A stretch of DNA of 64,000 nucleotides from Lama guanicoe. Taxonomy: Eukaryota. The translations under genes and the position numbers were made by a program. The DNA lies in NCBI GenBank assembly GCA_013239625.1, contig MU054220.1:4155374-4219373 (forward strand). The letters are read 5' to 3'. The notes below the pieces were generated by a model. That model worked only from the letters and a program-made list of their open reading frames with translations. It was not told the origin of the DNA and did no database searches. Shown in pieces: positions 23,791-35,399 of the stretch; position 1 is the first letter of the stretch, and each line of letters opens with the position of its first letter.

Positions 23791-25648
23791 AGCAGCGTCA
23801 TCATTACCATCATATAATGGTCCTTATTACTGTAAACAGATCTGCAGCATGATAGGGGAATGAGGCAGAGTTTCTGGGTCACAGAGTTATCATGTTTTCC
23901 ATACGGGGAATTGTTTTTGCAGAATCAGATTTGTATAGAGTAGAATACAAGGTAATCCACTAACTCTCAACACCAAGAACAGTATAACTTGATCAAGTCA
24001 ACTAACCACTAGGGCCCTCGGTTTTCTCATCTGTATAATGGACTCCTCCCATCACAGATTGGGGTCTGGAAGAAAGGCCAGTGCAGCAATTGTTGCTATC
24101 TGTCATTGTCAGCCTGGGAGCCACTACACATCATGTCACTTGCTCATGCCTCTATTTCCTCATCTGTGAAATGGGACAATTCAGACACCCCCATCTCCAC
24201 GAACTTGTTAGAAGAATTAGGGATAGTGAGCGTATGAAACACAATCAACGATGGTGTGTGTTATTGCTCAGGGTCCATTCACCTTCTGAGATAGAAGCTC
24301 CGGGTGATGGTCTCTGGAGAGGGGGACCCTGGGTAGCAGAGCTGAGGGGTGTAAGGGGTGACTGCCTCGCACGCCCACCCCTCCCCTCCACCCCTCTTGC
24401 CTCCTAGTCCATGTGTGCGATGGGCGTTCAGGGGCAGAGCACCAAAGGAGGAGTCATGGGCCAGGACCAGGCAGTGATGGTGAGCCCGAGGCTTGATCTC
24501 TGAAAGCCCTGAGGGACAGTTGGGGGATGGGGAGGAAGGGGCGAGTGCTCATAAATTCATTGGCAAGTAATTTATGGCCGCCAAGTGTAACACCTAATGC
24601 CTGCCAGTGTGAGAGGTTAATGGGAAGGTTAAGGGGCACAGGCTGGCTGATTTATGGGCCTGGCCAGCGGCTTTCATCCTGCCCAAGGCTCTGGCTCCAG
24701 AGGCCAAGCTGGGGGAGAGGGAAGGGAAGAGGGCAGAGCAGGTTGGAAGGGTGGGTGGGGAGGGAACGTGGGAGAGAGGGAGGGTCCAAGGAGAAGTGTG
24801 ATGAGAGAGAGGAGGGAACGGCATAGAAAAAAGACAGAAAAGGAGCAAGGAGCAAGGAGAGAGGGGTACTGTCATACACACCCCTGCAGGGCGGCAGTGA
24901 GGGAAATTGCTTGCTTTAAGGGTTGTCTTGTGGGTCACGTGATGGGTTTCAGAACAGTGTACATCCCTCAGCTCAGCCAGAAAAACAAAATTTAACAAAT
25001 ATGTTCAGTGATGTAAACTGGGGAATGGTTTAGGCTTGTGAAGAGTGAGGCAATTGACAAGTAGTTTCATCATCAACATAGTGTTACGGTCTGTGGCCAA
25101 GACCGGATCAGGAGACAAAAGGCATTGAGCCCAGCCTGCTGGCTTCGCCGCTTACTCTCTGTTATAAATCTTGGTTCCCTGGCCTGTAAGTGGCAACGGT
25201 GATGCCTACTGCCAAGGGTGCTTCTGTGCATAAAACGATCACCCGGCAGATATCCCACCGGGAGAGCTGGGTCTGAAGGAGCACCAAGAGCAGCCTTTTC
25301 AAGTTAACACCAAAAAGAGCAGCGAGTAGCCAGCATAGGCATCAGTCACCCCCTGGCACTTTGTAGTGAGTGACCACAGGGCAGCTGGACAGGCACCCGG
25401 ACCAGCCTCCTAAGAGACTTAAACTGACTGTCAGATTCAACAAGATTAAATACAATGAAATTAAGGCTTAGAGGATTTTGAGACAACCCTATAGGTATCC
25501 TGCTTTCTGAACACCAGACCCAGAACTCCTTGAGGGCCCAGGGCAGGGTCAGAACTGGCAGTCACAGGAAGAAACCCAGACCCAACCCCAAAGCCCCCAC
25601 CTCAGAGCTCAGAGAGCATTGTCCCATCCAGCCGACCATGCAGTCCTC

Positions 25649-25667
25649 CAGCCCCTAGGTGGCGCCA
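25649..25667 (+). promoter_or_regulatory. Candidate CTCF site (forward)
   Basis: CAGCCCCTAGGTGGCGCCA matches the CCASYAGRKGGCRS core with one mismatch. Confidence 0.55.
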
Positions 25668-26794
25668 CTGTGAAGAAGCTGGGCTGACAAAGGCCAGGTG
25701 ACTTGCCCAAGATTGCAGTCTGTGGATGTGAGCAGAGCTGGGAGTGGAACCCGTTTCTTGGCTCCAAGTTCAAGACTTAATCCTGTGCCCAGAGCCTTGG
25801 CTGTAGAGCTGCTCATGGGTTGTCATCATTTCCCAGAGGCTCCATCATCACTTGCTCCTAGTTGGCGTGGGTGGGAGGCAGAGGAAAGGGACGTGGGTGG
25901 GAGGCAGGGACAAGGATGGCCATGCTGGATGCACCCCACCACCTCAAGGGTATCCCCACTACCACCAGAGGACTAGCATCCCCTTGCCTGTGTCCTTCCC
26001 TCTCTGCTCTCTGCCCTTCTCTCAGCTGAATCCCTCTCGAGGCATTTTTGTGTTTTCTGCCCTTGCGAGCCCAACCACCACCCCCCACATCCTGTTCTAT
26101 CCCCCACAAATGCCAGTCCCCCAAAAGTGGAGGTGCTCCTCCTAATTCAGTCCCCCCTCCTCCCCCACCAGTCATCTGACCCCACTCTTAGTGGGGGCTT
26201 TGTTCACAGTTTGGGACCAGACAGTGGGGATGAACAGGCTGTTGGTACGCCCACCACACACACACACATATGCACACATGCCTGCTGTTAGAGCAAACTC
26301 TCACACATGTGAACACACATGTGCAGACCTGTGCACACATAGAGAGAACCACACAGACACATTAACCCTCAAAAGCTAGGCTGGTTTGTATGCTGTCAAA
26401 ACACAGAGGCTCAGTCCAAGAAACATCAGCCCGCATCCAGAAGTAACTTGAAATTCCATTAAAATGTTTACCGCAGAAAAGGGAGATTTTATTCATAAGA
26501 TAATAACATGGAAAAATGCCTTAAAGATTCACACTCTCTCCTCTGCTCCCCTAGCTCTAGACCTGACAGTTTCCCTCCAAGACTCCCTTCTCTCTGACTC
26601 CAGATCCTCAAAACCTCATTCTTTCAACCACAGCCTACACCTTCACCCTTTCTGTACTTTTTCCTACTTCCTCTGTCTTGGCAGCCTTTCCCATATAAAT
26701 TTGGCCAGTTTTTCTAGCTTCTCTGCCCCTTGTCTTCCCTCTACAATTACTCTGATCCACAGCGGGGTAGGGTGGAGTCAGGTCTTAATATTTT

Positions 26795-26851
26795 ACACAC
26801 ATAGACACACACATACACACACACACATACACACACACATGCACACACACA
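26795..26851. repeat. Imperfect (CA)n microsatellite
   Basis: ACACACATAGACACACACATACACACACACACATAC... Confidence 0.8.
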
Positions 26852-27129
26852 AATGATCTTGTGAGTTTCCTTGAAGAGGGTCCATCACCTTTGCCAATTC
26901 CCAGTTCTCAAGGCAACCCCACTATGTATTCGGTCAGGGTCCTCATACCTTCTTTTTGCCCATTGGTTTCCAGGCTGCAATACTGAGTTGGGGGAGGAGA
27001 ACTGGCATCCCAAACCCGGCACTGTATCTGCTTTGCCCCTTCCTGAAGGTGTGAGGCCAGAGGGGGTCACTCAGCTTCCCTGGGAGGCCATGTGCCTGAG
27101 AGGTGAGACGTGCACAGCCCTTCCAGCCA

Positions 27130-27590
27130 GATCCGGACTTGAATACCAGCTCAGCCACTTGCTCACTGTGTGTCTTTAGGCAAGTGCTCAACCTCTCTGA
27201 GCTTTGATTTCTTCATTAGAAAATAGCATATAATGATAACAACCTGTCTGGTTTCTGTGAAAACTGAAAAAAATAAGATATTATAGGATCATGAATACAT
27301 ATATTTGGGAGGTGTTTCTTAAAACACAAAGGCGACAAGTTTCCATTTCTGACAAGGCCTTTTGTTTCCAACAGGGTACACACCTCAAAGGAAACCAGGT
27401 GGGTGGGGTGAAGTGGTGTGGGGTAGAACAGCACAGATTTCAGTTGAACTTTTCAGGGTTGGAATCCCAGCTCTGCCCTGCAAGACTGTGTGCCCTTGGT
27501 CAAAGCTCCTAACTTCTCTGCCTCAGCTGTCTTCTTTGTAAAATGGGGATAATCGTAGTCCCCTCCTATAAGATTGCTCTGAAGATTATC
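27130..27590 (+). mobile_element. Two MIR fragments
   Basis: GGCAAGTGCTCAACCTCTCTGAGCTTTGATTTCTTCAT and AACTTCTCTGCCTCAGCTGTCTTCTTTGTAAATGGGGATAAT cores. Confidence 0.7.
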
Positions 27591-27945
27591 CATTCATTGA
27601 GACAAAAAATAGAGTATTTTCCAGACATCTATTCTGGGCCAAGCACTTCCCCAGGCCCTGGAGTATGAACAAACAGACAAGGTTGCCGGCATTATAATGG
27701 GGGAGACAAGTAAACGAATAAATGAACCAGATCATTACAGCTAGCGATAACTGCTCTGGAGAATTAAAGCAAGGTAAGGGACAGTGAGTCCCTGGAGAAG
27801 AAGCTAACTTTGGGGTGGAGGGTATAGCTCAGTGCTAGAGTGTATGTTTAGCACGCACAAGGTCCTTGGTTTAATCGCCAGTACCTCCATTAAAAAAAAA
27901 TTCCAGTTAATAACTTTGATTGGGTGGTCCAGGAGAGGGAATCCA
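27590..27945 (-). mobile_element. L2 fragment interrupted by a vic-1 SINE
   Basis: CATTCATTGA...TATTCTGGGCCAAGCACT...GGGGGAGACAAG...ATAACTGCTCTGGAGAA...GGGTGGTCCAGG antisense L2 features. Confidence 0.6.
27812..27910 (+). mobile_element. vic-1-type camelid SINE with target-site duplication
   Basis: GGAGGGTATAGCTCAGTGCTAGAGTGTATGTTTAGCACGCACAAGGTCCTTGGTTTAATCGCCAGTACCTCC followed by A9; TAACTTT duplicated at 27805-27811 and 27911-27917. Confidence 0.88.
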
Positions 27946-28659
27946 TGGACTAAGTCAAGAATCAGATCTGACTCATAATTGATGCTCAATATATTGTACT
28001 GTCAATTATTACTACTATCAGGCAGATACACAGCTTGATTGGAAAGTTGACAGGAATGGAGCAGCAGGGAAAGATGTCTGCGGGATGGCCCAGCTAGGGC
28101 AACGCTTACTCCAGCTACCATGATGTTTCTGGAAGCCCCTTCACCGCCTCCCTCTCCTGCCCCATCAGGCTTTCATTTCCTCAGGCAGAGGCTGAGCGCC
28201 AGGGCCCTGCTGCCAATCTGGACGGCACATCAGAGACCAACACAATTTGCCACGGGTTTCATGGGGTGTAAAGTGATCAGCACCCACTAAAGCTAGAGAG
28301 TTTGTGGGGTGAGGGCTGGGATCCTGCTGAAAGGCTCAGAAATACTTCGGAAAGAGCCAAGATCAGCCGTGATCCCTGGCTTTGCCTTGGAACTGTTTAT
28401 CTCAGCTTTAAAATGCCATGGGCCAGGCTGAGGGGTTGTGAACGGGAAAAATGCATATGGTCCTCACAGAGCCAGAGTGAATGAGGTGATCTCCCTGAGA
28501 GCTCCCCATACTCCCCAGTATGAGCAATGCAGCTTCCTGCCAGTCCACCCATCCACAGCAGCTAGTAGGCACTGTCTGTGTGTGAGCCGAGAAGAGGTAC
28601 CCAGAGCATCAGGTACAATACCTGCTTGTCATCTACTTGGGGAAAGGGAGGAAAGGAAA

Positions 28660-28845
28660 AACATTTATCAAGTGCCTGCTATGTACCAGGCCTTTCTATC
28701 ATTTCCTTCAATCCTCAGAGCAATGCACCATGGCCAGCATTATCATCCTCCTTTATCAAATAAGAAAACAGAGGCCCAGAGAGGTTAAGCAATCTACCCA
28801 AAGTCAACCAGCGAATAAATGGCAGAGGCAGGATTCAAACCCTTG
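28660..28845 (-). mobile_element. MIR SINE
   Basis: ACATTTATCAAGTGCCTGCTATGTACCAGG...AAGAAAACAGAGGCCCAGAGAGGTTAAG...GGATTCAAACCC. Confidence 0.8.
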
Positions 28846-31115
28846 ATGGACAAACAGTTTTCTTCCATAGAGAAGGCAAAATAAAGTATCTTGAAAGACT
28901 CTGTTCCTCCCTTCTGAGGAAGGGTTTGAGGTGGAGATAGGGAAAGGAAGGGGACCCCAGTCCAGCCAGCAGACCACGCCAAGAGGTCAGGGAGTGACAG
29001 ATGTACAGCCAGGTCCTCTCTCAACCTGGACAGTGAGAATAAGCTCTTTCTGTGAACTTTCTCAAGTGGTCCTTTCTCCCCCACCACCCAGGACCCAACG
29101 ACTAAAGTTATTCCCAGTTTACAGACAAGAGAACTGAGATCTTGTTCCATTAAGGGACATAGCACAGACCATCTGACTCCAGGGTCTGACCACCTACGTG
29201 ACTCATAATCACTGAAATGTACACGTGTTAGGTGCTACCCTCCATGGCCCAGGCACTCTGCATTTTACAAGCCTTTTTTTCCATTCATTATCTCCACCAA
29301 CAATTTGTGCAAGCCTCAGGAATAGAACAACCCCAGAGCCCAGGCTTTGACCAGTGGCCCCGTGGGAAGACAAGCAGGTGGGCTGTGAGGTCCTAGGAAG
29401 GAGAGGCTGGTGGTAGGAGTAATGGGGGAGGCCCCACAGCCCAGTCACAGGGGAGGTAAGTCTTAATCAGCTGTCAGGTAACACCCTCCACACCTTAGCC
29501 TCATCCTTCCGGAAGCAGTCCCCACACTTCTGACAGTTCAGACCAGCATCCCACCTTTTGTTTCTACCTGGAGGCAAAGGAATGGACTAGAAGGCTCTCT
29601 TCTGAATTGGGTGAGAGATAAGTGGAATACAGCACCTTGGAAGGAAAGGGGGATATGACCTGATTTCCACATGATTTCGATCTATTCAAATTCTTGTTCT
29701 CAGGGAGGAAACAGTTAACCATTCCCCAAATAGCTGCCTTCAGGATAACTCAGATGTAGTGAAACAGAATTCCCCAACCAGTTCATTCATTTATTCACTA
29801 TTCTTTCGCCCAAGCTCATTCCGGCCAAAGATTCCATTGCAGGTGATAAGTGGGTGAAATCAATATTCTTCACAGGGGCGGCCCATAACCCTGGGGGAGA
29901 AAGGATGTGGGAAAAATTCCACAAGATGAGGCATCTGTGCTTCCAAAGCTGCTGTGGGAGAAGAGAAGAGGGCACCTCAGGCTGAGCACATGGCATGGGC
30001 AGAGGAGACATTCCAGAAATCCTCTTGGGGCCCACATGGGCAGGGCCCAGCCAGGGCCACACCCCAGCTATTTCCTAGAGCTGAGGCCACTGACACTTCC
30101 TGATAAGGTGTCATGATTTCCCTCCTTCCTTTCCACGTGTTGGCTCCCCAGTTTGTGGGGACTTTATTAAAAACACACAGTTAATGGCTAGGAAAGAGGA
30201 GGCTTTGCTTTTCTTTTTTTTTTTTTTTTTTTTACTCCAACTGGAATGTAGCCGTCAAAATAAACATTAAATGCAAAATGCCAGAGCTGAGTTATTACTT
30301 GCGAGGGTGCTGGGAGCAAAATTTATAGCAACATTACAGTGTTTTGGTAGAAATCTCTTAATGCACCAAAATGGGAAGGTGTGTGTGTTTTTTATTAAAA
30401 TGTTACACTCTATAAATCCAACCCACAGGAAGGACACAGGTGGCGACCCAGGGACTCAGCTGAGGAAGCTGTCACCTCTATCTTTGGAGCCATCCTGTTC
30501 CCTAGCTCTGGGAATCACCTCTCCCCAGCCCTGACCCCTCACCTCCTCCTCCACACCTTCTCCTTCCCTGGAAAAGAGCTTCCTCTTCCCTTGCCACCCC
30601 AGGAGGAGAAGCCACCAGGCGGTGTGAAGACCTTGGCGAGACTTCCCTCAGGGTCTGACTAAAAGTTACAGTTTTTCTTAAAAGGTCTCTCTGAGCAGTA
30701 GGGCTCTTACAGGGCCTTTATGAAGTTTGTCTGAGAGGGTGAAATTTCCTGTGGGTCCATTTTCACAAATGTCAATTCTGGCTAAGGCTGCATTTTTCAA
30801 GGGCTTCTTTGTAAAAAGGCAAGCAGTTTCTGTCTCTAGCCTTTTGTTCTGGAATATCGTTCCTCAAGAAGGTAGATGGTATGACAGGGTGGGGGGAGGG
30901 GGATGGGCAGAATGGTGGGTTTATTTCCTCCTTTTAACCATATGTGGTCATGTCCTTCCTTAAAGAGAACCCTGGAAACAGAAGTGATCTCCTTTCTCTC
31001 CAACTTTCTGATATGATATCATCAAAGGATGCTTTCCGATGTTAAATCAGAGATTTCTGATTTGACAGGAGCTTGGGAACCCTTGAAGTTGTATATGAAA
31101 TCAGATGGATGCACC

Positions 31116-31528
31116 TGACTTGGGTTCAATGGTAGCCCCCAAAAGGTATCTCCAGGTCCCTAGCCCCAGTACCTGTGATTGTGAACTTATCTGCAGAAGG
31201 GATATTTAATTAAGTGAAAGACCTCAAGAAGAAGAACTCTCCAAGGAGAGTCTCTAATTTCGATGACGAGTGTCCTTATAAGAGACAGAAGAGAAGAAGG
31301 CACAGAAAGTTCATGAAAATGAAGGGGGAGATGGGAGAAGTGAAGCCACAGGGAAAACCTGGAGCCACCGGAATAAGCAATGCCAGAAATACATTCCCTG
31401 GAACCCGGCCCCTCTGGCACCTTGATTTCGGACTTCTGGCCTCCAGAGCGGTGAGAGAATAAATGTCTGTTCTTGTAAACCACCAAGTTTGTGCTTATTT
31501 GTTACAACAGCCCTCGGAAACTAATATA
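31116..31528 (+). mobile_element. MLT1 (MLT1C/D-like) solo LTR, apparently nested in an old hAT MITE (31050-31620)
   Basis: GTGTCCTTATAAGAGAC...CACCTTGATTTCGGACTTCTGGCCTCCAGAGCGGTGAGAGAATAAATGTCTGTT...ACAGCCCTCGGAAACTAATA. Confidence 0.85.
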
Positions 31529-32002
31529 GCCTCTATCTGCATCTTTCCAGGAAGAGGATCCTCAGTTTTTTATCAGTTATCAAAGAAGTGGCTCCCCTAA
31601 AATGATTAGAACCCACTGATGTAAAATGTTTGAAAGAAATTACATATAATGTCGTCAATCTTGCAGGATGAGAATTGTATCTGTAGTTTTTGGATGGGCA
31701 GGGCCATCAAAGACCCTCTGCCTGGACGGGGTTCTCCAGTTCTCTGTCCCATAATCCCCACCCCCACCCTACACTCACACACACACTGATTCCTCGGGTT
31801 CTAAATAAGCCCCCTGCTCCCACCTCCTTGGCTCCCTGGTCCTCTGAGATCAACTTTGTAAATCATTTGAGAAACTGAGCTCTTTTTAAAGGCATTGAAA
31901 AGATGAGCTGAAAGGTCATGAAGTCCTGGTGTCTAGCTCGTCTTCCTGCACGCAACTCAGTAATGAAGACAGCGCTGAAAAAGAAAAAAAAAAAGTCCTG
32001 CT

Positions 32003-32135
32003 GGGGTGAGGGAAATGTTTTGGAACCAGACAAACGTGGTGGTTGTACAGCACTGCGAATGTACTAAAAGCCACGGAATAGTTCACTTTAAAATGGTTTA
32101 TTTTATGTGGATTTCACCTTTTAAAAAAAAAGAAA
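32003..32135 (+). mobile_element. L1MB-type 3' terminal fragment with A tail
   Basis: GAAATGTTTTGGAACCAGA...GGTGGTTGTACAGCACTGCGAATGTACTAA...CACTTTAAAATGGTT followed by poly(A). Confidence 0.75.
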
Positions 32136-32269
32136 ATCGGCATCAATCGCTAGGTGCAAAAATCAGCAAAGTTCATTTTGCCCCCTACCTTCAATCCCAA
32201 GAAATTGAAACTGAGTTAGCTTGGCGAGGGTAAGGGAGAGACCACCGAGAATATTTTTTAAAGGAACCG

Positions 32270-33350
32270 AATCCTAAAAGGACTCGATTGGCCATCAAAG
32301 GGTGAGTCACGTGACCCGGACCCCCGGCGGCTTGAGAAACTCCGGAAACCTGGCGATGGCTAATCCGAACCGGACTGGACACGGGGTCAGTGTGGCCGCA
32401 AGAACTGCATGTTCACCGAGCTCCCCCAAGTCTGCAACTGTCCCCACAAGGAGTAAGAACTAGAATTAAGGGAGCGCCTACCGATGTGATTTCTAATCCT
32501 CACATCTTTCCTAGGAGATCGTAATATCAATGCCATTTTGGAAATAAAGACCCTCAGGCACAGAGAGCTGAATGACCTGCCCAAACGCGTACAGCCGCAG
32601 ATCGGGATTAGCGCCCAGCTCTGCCTGGCTCTAGGCCCGCCGGTTTTCAACTACCCCTGAAAAACTCCACTATGACCTGGAAACGAATTCGATTTAAAGA
32701 AAACAGCTAGGAGTTTCTGCGCTCCTGAGGACGGCAGAGGAGCTGGGGGGAACAGGCTGGGAGGAAAAGCTGGGTGTCCAAGGCCCCACGCGCGTGACTG
32801 CGCAGATGCGGCGAGAACGCAGCGACCCGGCTGTCCAGCCAAAGTTCGTTCCACCGCCAGTTCCGGAGGGGTTGCATTTCCCTGGGTGTTTCGGGAGGGC
32901 GGCTCGTCCTTGGCCTGGCTCTGCCTCCTTCAGTCTCCCAGCCCCCGGGTGAGGACCGTAGGAGTTGCGTTGAGTTGCGCGGATCAGAAGTGCGCGGGGC
33001 CCTGAACCGGCACCCAATAAGCGCAGCGAAGGCTCCACCTCCCTAGGATATCCGCAGGGGGATCCTGGGGCCTCGTCCCTGTCCCATGGTGGCAGCGCAA
33101 GCCTGGAGAAAGAGTATAGATGTGATTGTTTCTTTTATCTCATCGGCTGCCTTTTTGGTATTCCAAGTCAATTCGATCCTGTCCGGGGCGACCCGCGAGC
33201 GAGCGCGCGCCGTAGGTTCCCCGAAGGTCGGGGGTTGGGGAACCACGCGGCTGCACTGCGTTTCTGCCCTTAGCTCGGCAGTAAAGGCCCCTCTCCACCC
33301 TTACTCCTCAGCTCAGCTCAGCGAGGAGTTCGCTGAGGCCAGCTGTGCAC
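32270..33350. promoter_or_regulatory. Upstream CpG island (~9 kb 5' of the ALX4 ATG)
   Basis: Sharp rise in CpG density (e.g. CCACGCGCGTGACTGCGCAG, GCGAGCGAGCGCGCGCCG) relative to CpG-depleted flanks. Confidence 0.7.
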
Positions 33351-34107
33351 CTACAGGTCCCAAGGAGAGAAGGGCCCCAGGTAGGGTGGGGGAGAGAGGG
33401 TAGAGGTTAGGCCGCTGGCATCCTCAGATGGAGGGCGTTGGGAAGATTGGGAGAGAGCTAGGGAAAGCAGGAGGCAAAAGAAATATAATCACCACCATTT
33501 ACTAAGCACCTACTATGTGCCAGGCACTGAGCCAAGCACCCTTTGTAGCTATCCCTCCTTCTGGCTCGGGTATCTTGGGTTACTCAAATACTTCTCTCTC
33601 GCATTCCCTTCTCCCTGCCCTCTTCCCAACTCTCCCACCTCTCAGCCCTCCTCCCTGCCAATCACAAGCCTCAGGATTATGGGGATCAGAAAGTGTGCTC
33701 CGGCTGCCTCCTACGACAGGTGTTGGGGCAGGGACCCCTCCCCGCAGAGGCAGGCGGCAGTATGGGCAGAGGGAGGAGGTACAGGCAGGGGATGCAGATG
33801 CCAGACCCCCGCCTGGTCCATGAGGCCCCCAGCGCGCTGTGGACCCTGGGACAGATACCAGGCCTGAGAACCCGAGCTGGAGGGTCATCCTGACCTCTTG
33901 CTCACAGTGTGATTTGGGCAACGGGCATTGCCTCTCTGGGTTTCCAGTTCCCTGCCTGTAAAACGGGAACATAAACCCTACTCCACGGGACAGTGGTGAG
34001 TTTACAGAGAATCCACGGATGTGAAGGTGTTGCTGCAGAAAGTACTGAGATGGAGCAAAGCTGGAGCTGGAAAGCAGCGGCCACCCTCCTCCTCTATAAC
34101 TTCCCCA

Positions 34108-34161
<54 letters not shown>
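34108..34161. repeat. Compound (TC)n(AC)n microsatellite
   Basis: About 10 TC units directly followed by about 17 AC units. Confidence 0.92.
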
Positions 34162-34163
<2 letters not shown>

Positions 34164-34429
34164 CACCTCCCACCTCGCCTGCACCAACTATCAGGAAGGG
34201 CCGAACTGTGGGACCTGGGAATTCCTTCGACCTTTTCACTCCCAGTGCTTTGAAAGGACCCTAACCAAGGAGGAGCTGTGGTCAGGAGGATGCAAATGAT
34301 CCATTTTTGCGATGGTAGAAGGGCAGGAACACCAGCTCGTCATTTCTGTTTCTTTAAGTCTAGACTAAGATGTTTAAAATAGCAGAGTATTCCATACAGA
34401 AAGGAGATAATTATTGTGGATTCTAGAAA

Positions 34430-34600
34430 AATACTTTAAGTGAGCATGATCTCATTTAACCCTTGCAGCTATTCTATGAAGTAGGTACTATTTTTATTCC
34501 CAAGTTACAGGACAGGAAACTGAGGCCCATGAAAGAAGTCACTTAGCCCACGTTACACAGCCAAAAAGTAGGATTGAAACTTGAAACTAAAGCTGGGCTC
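34430..34600 (-). mobile_element. MIR SINE
   Basis: CTCATTTAACCCT...CTATGAAGTAGGTACTATTTTTATTCC...GGAAACTGAGGC. Confidence 0.75.
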
Positions 34601-35399
34601 TTGTCCACTAATGGAATTGCTATGGGGCATTTTGCTGCCTCCTCTCTCCCCACCCCTTTTCCAGCCCCTCATTGCCATAGACAGGCTTCTAAGCCCAGCT
34701 CTGCCCTATAATTCCCTTTTCTCCTCTCCCACAACCCCGAGAGTCTTTCTCCTCTAAAGTTTCATTTGTCCACTTGTCTCCTCGCCCAGCCCCAAGAGTT
34801 TTAGGGCAGCCAGTGGCAGCTGTGTTGACTCCAGTTCCAGCGCCCACCCTGCACCACCTCAATGGTAGTGTTCTCGAAGATGATGGAAGGGGGCTTCTGG
34901 ATTATCTCTAGAGCAGAGCTGGGAGTTTAACCGTCTGGAGGTCAAAGACTCCTATGAGACCTTTGAAATTTTTTAACCCTCTCCCCAGAAAGAGGTACAT
35001 GCAGTTGCATCGTGAGGGAGTCCTCAGATCCCTCTGGCCACTGACATTCCTTTCCCTCCATCACTGAAGCTTTCATCTCCAGGAAATGGATGGAAAGTTT
35101 CTATATGCTTCCTTAGAACTAAGGCTAAGCAAGGACAGATCCTCTCCTCCAGGCAAGCATCCCAAGAAACAGACCTCATTTCTGCCCACTAGGTGCCTCA
35201 GGATTCCTGTATATGTGAGGTGGTGTGTTTTGGCCTCTATCTTCCCACAGTCAATCTTTTTGAAATCCTAGAGGACCGGCTTCCAGGAGAGAAGGGACAG
35301 GGAAGAAGACAAGATGGGACAGGGGGCTTCAGTCCAAACACCTGGCTGGGGTTTTGGTTAATGATGTTCGGGAATTATCCGCGGATTTAAACTATCTAT

